DNA of 30,846 nucleotides from a virus (lineage: Duplodnaviria; Caudoviricetes). The stretch lies in the IMG/VR virus record IMGVR_UViG_3300033420_000029, positions 1 through 30,846 of that record, one strand, 5' to 3'. A program made the translations under genes and the position numbers. The notes under the pieces were generated by a model. It searched no databases. It worked only from the letters and a program-made list of their open reading frames with translations, and was not told where the DNA came from. This document shows positions 1 through 7,439 of this stretch, one piece after another. Each line of letters opens with the position of its first letter. The first letter of the stretch is position 1.

Positions 1-454
1 ACCAATAATTGCTTATTTCACTAGTAAAGCATTTCCCTAAATTCTTTGAACTGGTTAAAATATAGGCTTTCCCACCATTAGCATTGATTTGTTTCATAAC
101 ACTTAACTGAGTACTTGTTACGGAACCACCTGTACGCTTTAATTCTAGGGCAATTAAAGTACCATTACATAAGCAAAGAATATCACACCATCCAGCCATC
201 GGATTAGCGGTTAAGATTGCGCCTGCTTTGGTATTTCTAATCACGCCACCAAGAGACAGGCGAACATGGAAAATACCATTTACTTGTAATTTATGTAATA
301 CTTCTTTAAGTATTTCTGCCTCTTTAATACTATCCTTGCGATTAAATGGTGGAGGTAAGCTATATTCTGTCTTGCTAATATAGTCTTTAAGTCGAGGTTT
401 ATCATCTGGTCTTTCATCTAAACTATTGTAAGTCTTTACTGTTGCTCTCGTCAT
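1..454 (-). CDS. VRR-NUC-like PD-(D/E)xK nuclease / Holliday junction resolvase (3' end runs off window)
   Basis: Not in ORF track. Manual translation from ATG at 454: MTRATVKTY...IKEAEILKEVLHKLQVNGIFHVRLSLGG...AGWCDILCLCNGTLIALELKRTGGSVTSTQLSVMKQINANGGKAYIL, matching the E..I / G..D / ELK..G...Q / GG pattern of VRR-NUC. Confidence 0.8.
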   Translation of the reverse strand, partial: MTRATVKTYNSLDERPDDKPRLKDYISKTEYSLPPPFNRKDSIKEAEILKEVLHKLQVNGIFHVRLSLGGVIRNTKAGAILTANPMAGWCDILCLCNGTLIALELKRTGGSVTSTQLSVMKQINANGGKAYILTSSKNLGKCFTSEISNYW

Positions 455-560
455 TTCTTTTAGTCCCTGAAAAAAATATTAAGCTAATTAAACAGACAAT
501 TAAAAATAGAATTATACAGAATCCTACTGCAAAGTAGAATCCGATATCTTGACTAGTCAC
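423..560 (-). CDS. Small single-pass membrane protein (45 aa)
   Basis: GTG start at 560 overlapping the upstream stop, GAGG about 9 nt upstream; MTSQDIGFYFAVGFCIILFLIVCLISLIFFSGTKRNDESNSKDLQ. Confidence 0.5.
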   Translation of the reverse strand: MTSQDIGFYFAVGFCIILFLIVCLISLIFFSGTKRNDESNSKDLQ

Positions 561-780
561 AAGGTAGTTCCTCGGATAATTGGATTAAGAACTCTGATAA
601 GTCTTTAAGGTCTTTTCTTAGCTGGTATTTATCTGATGATGTCAGGTCATTTAACCATATGTTTTTAGCTTCAAATTTAATAACGCTAATACCCATATTA
701 ATCTGGGCTTTAATGAAAAATGAATCATCTTTAGCATTAAATCTATAACGTATTTCTTGGCTAATTTTATTTAAATTCAT
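553..780 (-). CDS. Hypothetical protein (start probably 780, not 804)
   Basis: ORF track 553..804; GGAGG SD and a TGATG stop/start overlap favour the ATG at 780. Confidence 0.6.
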   Translation of the reverse strand: MNLNKISQEIRYRFNAKDDSFFIKAQINMGISVIKFEAKNIWLNDLTSSDKYQLRKDLKDLSEFLIQLSEELPCD

Positions 781-920
781 CAGATTCCTCCATCCCAGTA
801 CCATTTAATGTTTTCATTCATACAGATAGAACAATCGCAGAGCTCATCATGTGGAATAAATTCCTCTGCCTTTGCTTCTGGTTCTGTGTCGTCTATTAAA
901 GTCATATCTATATCGTTCAT
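780..920 (-). CDS. Small acidic protein with HxxxCxCxxC motif (46 aa)
   Basis: Not in ORF track. AGGAGAAAATT-ATG; MNDIDMTLIDDTEPEAKAEEFIPHDELCDCSICMNENIKWYWDGGI; its stop overlaps the next ATG. Confidence 0.6.
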   Translation of the reverse strand: MNDIDMTLIDDTEPEAKAEEFIPHDELCDCSICMNENIKWYWDGGI

Positions 921-929
921 AATTTTCTC

Positions 930-1334
930 CTAGAAAGGGGAAGTTTCATTCTGAAAATCACTAGTGGAATAGAAAAATATGTTATTGTAATTCTTTCCTT
1001 GGAATTCACTATTCTTAGTGGTAATCTTTACAAATTTAGTATGAATATCACTAAGATTGAATTCTCTATCATCGCCAAAAACTGCTTTTCCTAGTTGTGC
1101 AAATTTCTTTCGACCTTTTGCTACTTTATCTGCTTCACCTTCATAGTTAATATTTCCGAATACCTTACAACCTTTAAACTCGCCTTCGTCGCATATGGAC
1201 AGTGTAAGAGCTATTCTGCCCTTGTCTTCTTGATCTTCTTCCTTTTCAATGATTGCATTATATGCACCATCTGTAATTACTTTAAAATCTTGTGAAAAAT
1301 CATCGCCTGTTGATTTAAATGCTGTAAAACCCAT
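930..1334 (-). CDS. DUF669-like single-stranded DNA-binding protein
   Basis: F..I.DG.Y.A.I, GEFKG.KVF.N and an acidic/aromatic ...TSPF tail; directly downstream of a Sak4-like ATPase, the usual pairing. Confidence 0.7.
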   Translation of the reverse strand: MGFTAFKSTGDDFSQDFKVITDGAYNAIIEKEEDQEDKGRIALTLSICDEGEFKGCKVFGNINYEGEADKVAKGRKKFAQLGKAVFGDDREFNLSDIHTKFVKITTKNSEFQGKNYNNIFFYSTSDFQNETSPF

Positions 1335-1373
1335 GTGAAAACTCCTTTCAAGAGTAAAAATTAATACTGAAAT

Positions 1374-2057
1374 TTAATACTGAAATTTAATATCATCCCA
1401 ATTCCATTTATCTAATTCAATTTTGCTTGCAATCTTAAACCTAGACTTTGCACAAATGCCAGGGGCCGGTTGTGTGTACACAAATGTTTTATTTGTCTGA
1501 AATGCTTTATCATCATTTACGATAATACCTGGTTTAATAAAAAATACTCCGTCAAAATCTGCTAAAATACCTTCAATAGATTCTTTGTATAAATATGGCC
1601 TAAACTCATCATATGCTCCAGCAACTACATCCGTAACTTCCTGAACGCTTGTGTGAGATATGCAAATAACATTTTTAGCTTTTGTTAATTGCTTAATTAA
1701 CATTCTAATTTCTTCCCACTGAACATCACAAGTTCTATATCCTTTAAAAAATCCAATATCAGAAATATGTGCTTTATTCGAAGCTTGAGCAGTTAGTCTA
1801 TGGATCATCTTTTCTAAATATGTATATGAATCCACAACTATTGTATCAAATGGAGAATTAGCTGCATTAATTAGATGTTTTTTAGTTTCTTCAAAATCTT
1901 TTGCAGTAACTTTTGGCATCCTTATGTGTGGACTTCCTTCTTCTAAGTCAATCATAGCTGGATTTTTAGACTTACTTGCTAAAGTAGATTTACCAACACC
2001 CGCTTGTCCGTATAATAATACTTTAAATTTCCTAGTTGTTTCTTCTATAGTAAACAT
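1374..2057 (-). CDS. Sak4-like AAA_24 ATPase (ssDNA annealing/recombination)
   Basis: Walker A LLYGQAGVGKST, IDLEEG, Walker B TIVVDS, VICISH and AKSR motifs. Confidence 0.85.
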   Translation of the reverse strand: MFTIEETTRKFKVLLYGQAGVGKSTLASKSKNPAMIDLEEGSPHIRMPKVTAKDFEETKKHLINAANSPFDTIVVDSYTYLEKMIHRLTAQASNKAHISDIGFFKGYRTCDVQWEEIRMLIKQLTKAKNVICISHTSVQEVTDVVAGAYDEFRPYLYKESIEGILADFDGVFFIKPGIIVNDDKAFQTNKTFVYTQPAPGICAKSRFKIASKIELDKWNWDDIKFQY

Positions 2058-2059
2058 GG

Positions 2060-2266
2060 TTAATCCTCATAATCTTCGTTATATCTTCTAGCAAGATAAC
2101 GTTCTTCGTACATTATTTTATCATCTAACTCTTGTGAATTAATATTAACTGATAGTATAACATCATTTGCAAAAATAATGTTTTGCACTTGTTTTCCATC
2201 TTCATCATTACAAACTATATACTTAATAGATCTAGTATTTATTAAATAATTATCTATTTCTATCAT
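2060..2266 (-). CDS. Hypothetical protein
   Basis: 68-aa ORF tightly packed in the operon. Confidence 0.6.
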   Translation of the reverse strand: MIEIDNYLINTRSIKYIVCNDEDGKQVQNIIFANDVILSVNINSQELDDKIMYEERYLARRYNEDYED

Positions 2267-2267
2267 T

Positions 2268-2456
2268 CTATTCCCCTTTATCTGGTTTACGGTTTTTTAA
2301 TGCAACTAGAATTTCATCCAGATTAAATTTATAATTTGGAAATGTTTTTGCCCCAAAGTTATAAAATGGAATAATTTCTGCCTCGCACATTTCCCTAATC
2401 TTTTGGGGACTAACCCCGACTGCTTGCGATAACTCCTGAACATCAATAAGTTTCAT
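2268..2456 (-). CDS. Excisionase/MerR-like helix-turn-helix protein
   Basis: LIDVQELSQAVGVSPQKIREMCEAEIIP...YKFNLDEI; AAGGAG SD. Confidence 0.75.
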   Translation of the reverse strand: MKLIDVQELSQAVGVSPQKIREMCEAEIIPFYNFGAKTFPNYKFNLDEILVALKNRKPDKGE

Positions 2457-2491
2457 GTAGCTCCTTTCATGGTTATAAGAACTAATAAAAA

Positions 2492-2543
2492 ATTATTAAA
2501 TCAAATTAAAACTTTTGTCAACTTGTTTATTCTTAAATATTCT
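2492..2543. promoter_or_regulatory. Overlapping divergent sigma70-type promoters
   Basis: Minus strand TTGACA (2521-2516) then 17 nt then TAATAAT; plus strand TTGTCA (2515-2520) then 17 nt then TATTCT (2538-2543). Lies between the two divergent operons. Confidence 0.5.
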
Positions 2544-2580
2544 GCTATATAAGAATATCAATCACTTAGAAAGGAATTGT

Positions 2581-4653
2581 ATGGCAACATGGATTTCTAA
2601 ACAGAGACTTATTAAACTGTACACGATAAAAGATAGCAAATGTACCTGTGGTAAATACACTTGTGAGGGAAGAAAACCCGGTAAACATCCAGTTGACACT
2701 CATGGTGTAAAAGATGCAAAAGTTCAAACCACAGATTTTGACAAGTTTAATTATGGAATTGCTTGTGGTAATGGTTTAGTAGTTTTTGATATTGATAAAA
2801 AAGAAAATATTAATGGCTACATAACACTTGCTGATTTAGAAAAGCAATTAGGAATATTGCCGCCTACTGTCTCAGTAAATACTGGTTCAGGTGGAAAGCA
2901 TTTATATTTTAATGCTAAAATTAGAACCCAAGGAATCAAAGGAATTGATATAAGATCCGATGGAAGTTATGTGGTTATTCCTCCTTCAAAACATTGGAGT
3001 GGAGACGATTATGAATGGGATTTTAATAAGTCTCCTGAAGATATTGAAATTGCAAATTTACCACAAAAATGGATTGAACATTTCTCAGATTTAAAACAAG
3101 AAAATAAGGAATTTGTTTCACTAGTTGATGCTTGTTCATTAGCAGAGGCAGTTGATGCTCTTAATTCAATTGACCCTGATATTGAATATAACACATGGTT
3201 TAAACTAATTGCAGCGGCAAGATATACTGGTATTTCATTAGATATAGTTGATAAATGGTGTTCAAAGGGAAAAGATTATAAGAAAAAAGAAGTAGCTCAA
3301 AAATATAATTCTGCTAAAAAAGAAGATGGAGTTATTAGCAGAATAGGAACAATATTTCATATTGCAAAACAGTATGGTTGGAATCAATTTATTCCAGAAA
3401 TGAAATTAATATTTCATAAGTTACCTAAGAAAAATATAGTATTTCCCGATATACCATATGATTTATTTGGAAAACTAGTGGATAGCATCTTAAAACAATC
3501 TACTATTTATGATAGAAATTTTGCAATAGGTTCTGCTATTACATCAATTAGCGCAGCTTCATTAGGTGGTTATTTAAGCTGTACCAATTCAACTATGGGT
3601 ATTTACTCTTTATTTATTGATTACTTTGGCGGCGGTAAAAAGTATTACCATTCAATACCACTTAAAACATTATTCTATTGTAATACTGAAAAAAGACTTG
3701 ATACCCCAGCTAGTAATAATGCATTTATTGATTATTTATCTAAGTATAATGTGAGAGCATGGATACAAGATGAAACAATTGATAAGCTTATTACCATGTT
3801 TGGAGGTGGAGGAAAAGTAAGTGAGTTTAGCCAGGATTTACCTAATACTTTTTTAAATCTATGGAGTAATAACGATCAAATTGCTGGTATATCTGCAAAG
3901 ACTAAAGATGCTAAAATTCCATATGTAAAATATCCAGCTTTTATGTTTTGCGGGGCCGGTGTTACAGGAGACTTTAGAAAACTATTAAGCACACCAAGGG
4001 CTATTAATTCAGGTTTGCTTAGTAGAATATTGCCATTATTACCAATTGAATCAATTGAGGATGAAACTAAATTAACTCAATCATCTTTTAATTTTACAAG
4101 AAATGATATTGAAAAGATTAAGTTTATTGATGCTCAGTGTACAAGAAGTATTCAAACATTACCTACTGTTACTATTCTTCCATCTATTACAGTTCAGATA
4201 AATCAGGAGGCAGAGGCTGCATATTTAAAGATTAAATCTGATATAAAGAAAAGAAAAGTAACATATACTGAAGAGCAAAAAGAAGATCCAAAATCAGAAT
4301 ATGCAATGGATGTAAGGTTTTATGAGCAATTGGGAAAACTGATGTCTGCTCATGCAATCTGGAATGACCCTAGGAACCCAATTGTGACCCTTGAAATACT
4401 CCATTTCTGGAATCACTACTTATCTTTTATAAAACAACAGATTATGGGTGAAATGGCATATTTTGGTGGGGAGACAAAAGATGCTTTGTTAGAGGGTAGA
4501 ATACTGAGATACATTACTAAAAATCCGGGATTAACTGGAAGAGGTGTTTATTGGAAGTTAAGCATCAATTCCAAGCAATTTTCTCCTGCTATTAAGGAAC
4601 TAGAATTACGCAATTTAGTTATACTAAAAGATGGTAAATACTTCGCAGAATGA
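2581..4653 (+). CDS. Primase: Prim-Pol (AEP) domain + PriCT-2-like domain + DUF3987-like C-terminal region
   Basis: CTCG...GKHP, NYGIACG..LVVFDID, TGSGGKHLYF, GIDIRSDGSYVVIPPS.H (Prim-Pol); ALNSIDPD.EYNTW...WCSKG.DY (PriCT-2). ATG 2581 has an AAGGA SD. Confidence 0.85.
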   Translation: MATWISKQRLIKLYTIKDSKCTCGKYTCEGRKPGKHPVDTHGVKDAKVQTTDFDKFNYGIACGNGLVVFDIDKKENINGYITLADLEKQLGILPPTVSVNTGSGGKHLYFNAKIRTQGIKGIDIRSDGSYVVIPPSKHWSGDDYEWDFNKSPEDIEIANLPQKWIEHFSDLKQENKEFVSLVDACSLAEAVDALNSIDPDIEYNTWFKLIAAARYTGISLDIVDKWCSKGKDYKKKEVAQKYNSAKKEDGVISRIGTIFHIAKQYGWNQFIPEMKLIFHKLPKKNIVFPDIPYDLFGKLVDSILKQSTIYDRNFAIGSAITSISAASLGGYLSCTNSTMGIYSLFIDYFGGGKKYYHSIPLKTLFYCNTEKRLDTPASNNAFIDYLSKYNVRAWIQDETIDKLITMFGGGGKVSEFSQDLPNTFLNLWSNNDQIAGISAKTKDAKIPYVKYPAFMFCGAGVTGDFRKLLSTPRAINSGLLSRILPLLPIESIEDETKLTQSSFNFTRNDIEKIKFIDAQCTRSIQTLPTVTILPSITVQINQEAEAAYLKIKSDIKKRKVTYTEEQKEDPKSEYAMDVRFYEQLGKLMSAHAIWNDPRNPIVTLEILHFWNHYLSFIKQQIMGEMAYFGGETKDALLEGRILRYITKNPGLTGRGVYWKLSINSKQFSPAIKELELRNLVILKDGKYFAE

Positions 4654-4655
4654 CT

Positions 4656-4962
4656 TGTCGGGTTTGTTAAATGCACTATTATTTATTAATATAATCATTT
4701 AGTTAATGCCATTTTGTCGGGTAGTGTCGGAACAGTATCGGATGAGTACTTATCTTACTACCAGTTTAATAAATAATTAGTGTCGGGTAATTTACCCCCC
4801 CTTAAAGTTAAAAAAAGAAGATCAAGATCTATGAATATTATAATAATGATCAAGATCATACATATCTCTATTTCCATCCGACACCTGACAAAATGATATA
4901 AGTACATATGGAATATATAAAAGTAATTACCCGACAGTGTCGGATTTGTCGGGTTTTGTCGG
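4656..4962. repeat. Iteron-like TGTCGG/CCGACA repeat cluster, putative replication origin
   Basis: TGTCGG at 4656, 4715, 4725, 4781, 4938, 4947, 4957; CCGACA at 4878, 4931; AT-rich spacers; non-coding, immediately after the primase. Confidence 0.7.
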
Positions 4963-5066
4963 GTAAACTGACCATCCCGAGCAAATCCTCGATATGGTTT
5001 TAGCCACTGTTCAATCCTTGGTCACCCTGGTTTTCATTGGAACCTAATAATTTTAGCATCTTACAT

Positions 5067-5083
5067 TTGGCACAGAACCTGCA
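5067..5083 (+). promoter_or_regulatory. Sigma54 (-24/-12) promoter motif
   Basis: TTGGCACAGAACCTGCA is GG-N10-GC, close to consensus YTGGCACG-N4-TTGCW, 32 nt before ATG 5116. Confidence 0.6.
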
Positions 5084-5115
5084 TTGCAGAGATAACCACA
5101 ACAATAGGAGGTTTT

Positions 5116-5316
5116 ATGCTCAGATGGATTTGTGCGATTAGTGTTTTAATTTATTGTTACACCCTAGGATTAGGTGATTTTCAGTGGGTAGTTATTGGAA
5201 TACTTGGAGTTATTTACTGGAATATCTGTGGGATATTTGATGCAGTGGGATTAATTTTACTTATGAAGTTAGAACAAAAAACTCCTGAAGAATCTGATGA
5301 TTACGAAATAGATTAA
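5116..5316 (+). CDS. Small membrane protein
   Basis: AGGAGG SD; hydrophobic segments and an acidic tail. Confidence 0.65.
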   Translation: MLRWICAISVLIYCYTLGLGDFQWVVIGILGVIYWNICGIFDAVGLILLMKLEQKTPEESDDYEID

Positions 5317-5376
5317 AGTTTCTTCTTGACTCGGCGATATATTAAATAGACCCAATAATTCTACAAAGGAGATTTT

Positions 5377-5556
5377 ATGAAAATATTTAACCATGCTACT
5401 GAAGGAAAAATCACTACTACCAATGATGGTAAAATTATAGCTATTGCAGAGTATTCTGCCGATGCTTTTCAGGATGGATACCCCAATGAATTTATTCAAT
5501 TACAAGAATTAGTATATTCTAATTGTGCTAATATTTTTAATAGTAATCAGGAGTAA
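5377..5556 (+). CDS. Hypothetical protein (59 aa)
   Basis: Not in ORF track. AAGGAG SD; MKIFNHATEGKITTTNDGKIIAIAEY...NSNQE. Confidence 0.6.
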   Translation: MKIFNHATEGKITTTNDGKIIAIAEYSADAFQDGYPNEFIQLQELVYSNCANIFNSNQE

Positions 5557-5558
5557 TT

Positions 5559-5690
5559 ATGTATAAAATTATTGTAGTTATTGAAGAGCAAGAATCTATT
5601 CAAATATTCAGCTCCTTAGCTGAATTAAACCTATTTATGGAACTTGCTAAATCTTGGATTGGTGTGCAAGTTTACACAGTTTTAGTTTAA
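5559..5690 (+). CDS. Hypothetical protein (43 aa)
   Basis: Not in ORF track. AGGAG SD; MYKIIVVIEEQESIQIFSSLAELNLFMELAKSWIGVQVYTVLV. Confidence 0.55.
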   Translation: MYKIIVVIEEQESIQIFSSLAELNLFMELAKSWIGVQVYTVLV

Positions 5691-5708
5691 TCAATTACTG
5701 GAGGATTT

Positions 5709-6002
5709 ATGAAAGTATTACTTGCTTTATTTTTAGTTTCTAGTAGTGCCTTTGCTAAAGATTGTTCTTCTGATTTCAGCTGTTCCTACGGTCAGAAATG
5801 TGTAAAAGATAGCTATCAAATTGATGGTACTTGCATGAATGTCGTTAATTCTTTTGGTAATCGTGAATTTGCTCCTCCCGAATTAAAATCTATTGGCCCT
5901 AAGATGGAAACGGGGTGTTATACTGATTCACAATGTAAGTATGATGAGAAATGTTTTAAAAATAATAATTATTCTTCCAGCGGCACTTGCGTTAAACGAT
6001 AA
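5709..6002 (+). CDS. Secreted cysteine-rich mini-protein (two 4-Cys repeats)
   Basis: GGAGG SD; signal peptide MKVLLALFLVSSSAFA; two CxxDxxC-x5-C...GTC repeats. Confidence 0.75.
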   Translation: MKVLLALFLVSSSAFAKDCSSDFSCSYGQKCVKDSYQIDGTCMNVVNSFGNREFAPPELKSIGPKMETGCYTDSQCKYDEKCFKNNNYSSSGTCVKR

Positions 6003-6101
6003 GTTATATTACTATTTCTTTAGTTATCAGACAGGTTCAATTAAGGCACTTGGATTTATCCACTTGAAGCCACCTTAAGAACCATAACTAAGGAATCGCA
6101 G

Positions 6102-6464
6102 ATGAAGTTACAATTTATCATTAGAGCTTATACTCCCACAGATAATCAATTCGTAATTTCTTCTATTAAAAACACCTTTCGCAATATAAAACCTACTTAC
6201 GACTTCCCCAGCGGGGATAATTCTATTCTAATTGCGTGTGATGTTGAAGATCCATCGGTAATATTTGGATTTATCATCGTTAACCAGGCTAATGAACTAG
6301 TCTTTGCTTATACTAAGGCTATATTTCGCCTATTTGGTATATTTAAGGCTCTTCTTGGATATTTTCCTATCAAGCCTAGTCATTACATTACTCAACCATC
6401 TTACCAGGCTCACAAGGCTTTAAAAGCATCAAAACTAACCTATCTTATAAGGATTCCACTATGA
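6102..6464 (+). CDS. GNAT-fold acetyltransferase-like protein
   Basis: IRAYTPTD start, ILIAC...IFGF, and YTKAIFRLFGIFKALL resembling a degenerate GNAT motif A. Confidence 0.55.
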   Translation: MKLQFIIRAYTPTDNQFVISSIKNTFRNIKPTYDFPSGDNSILIACDVEDPSVIFGFIIVNQANELVFAYTKAIFRLFGIFKALLGYFPIKPSHYITQPSYQAHKALKASKLTYLIRIPL

Positions 6465-6754
6465 AGATTAAACAGATTGTCGTCTATCAACCAGTTTCAT
6501 TCAAGGGCTATAACAAGCTATCCTTCCACGTCAAAGACCTATTTGACATAGAGCTTACTGGTACGTTCTTCCTTATAAAGAAGGACGATGACCATGTGTG
6601 TGTGAATACGTCTAACGTGAGTCAATTCACTATGCTTGAACCATTGGAACAGATTACTGAGGATATGCCCAAAGAACCAATTAAAGGGCCTACAAGAGGT
6701 CTTAAAGCTGTTTCTAAGGTAAACGTATCAGAAGAAACTAATATTCAGTGTTGA
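6461..6754 (+). CDS. Hypothetical protein
   Basis: 97-aa ORF with ATGA overlap with the previous gene. Confidence 0.65.
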   Translation: MKIKQIVVYQPVSFKGYNKLSFHVKDLFDIELTGTFFLIKKDDDHVCVNTSNVSQFTMLEPLEQITEDMPKEPIKGPTRGLKAVSKVNVSEETNIQC

Positions 6755-6902
6755 GGTTTAAATTGCGGTTTTTGAACTTGTAAGGAATCCTTACAGGTTC
6801 GATTGTTTTGTATGGTGCCAACTCCAGTTGGCAGTGACAACCAGGGTTGGCAGTGTATCAGATTGATATAGATCAAGTCAATAATAACAAGGGTAAGAAA
6901 AC

Positions 6903-7439
6903 ATGATAAACATTGAACAAGTCGATATTAAGTTAATAAAACCCTACTCTAACAACAACAAGTTGCATGATGAAAAACAAGTTAGCTTATTGGCTAAACA
7001 AATCAAAGAACATGGGTTCGATGTGCCTATTGTAGTTGATAAAGACTACATAATAATCAAAGGGCATGGTAGATTACTTGCTGCAACTAAACTTAGTATG
7101 AAGAAAGTTCCCTGCATAATACGCAAGGATTTAAATCACTCACAAATTCAGGCAGCTAGAATTGCTGATAATAAACTTAGTGAGTCCCCTTGGGATACTA
7201 TGAATTTAGCTAATGAACTTGGAGAATTAAGATTAGCTGAGTATGATGTTGAACTTACTGGTTTTGATAATTGGGACTTACAAAGCATGATCGAACCTCC
7301 AGTAAATCCAGAAGATAATTCTGAAGAAAAAGAATTAACTGAAAAGAAATTACAAGTTATTATTCTACCCAAAGATGAAGACGAACAACAAATGATATTC
7401 TTAGAACTCCGTGACCGTGGTTTTAAGGTTAAAGTATGA
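6903..7439 (+). CDS. ParB/Srx-like N-terminal domain protein
   Basis: IKPYSNNNKLHD...IKEHGFDVPIVVD...IIKGHGRLLAA...RIADNKLSE..WD. Confidence 0.85.
   Translation: MINIEQVDIKLIKPYSNNNKLHDEKQVSLLAKQIKEHGFDVPIVVDKDYIIIKGHGRLLAATKLSMKKVPCIIRKDLNHSQIQAARIADNKLSESPWDTMNLANELGELRLAEYDVELTGFDNWDLQSMIEPPVNPEDNSEEKELTEKKLQVIILPKDEDEQQMIFLELRDRGFKVKV

Noticed and set aside
1361-1392. 13-bp tandem duplication TTAATACTGAAAT at the Sak4 stop codon
   Set aside because: Real, but most simply a slippage duplication with no coding effect.
2515-2580. TTG start at 2515 for the primase
   Set aside because: It coincides with the putative -35 box and has no SD; ATG 2581 has an AAGGA SD.
4656-4962. CRISPR-like array
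   Set aside because: Repeats are only 6-12 bp, irregularly spaced and in both orientations; no cas genes.
5269-5499. 76-aa minus-strand ORF
   Set aside because: Antisense to plus-strand ORFs with strong SDs (5116, 5377).
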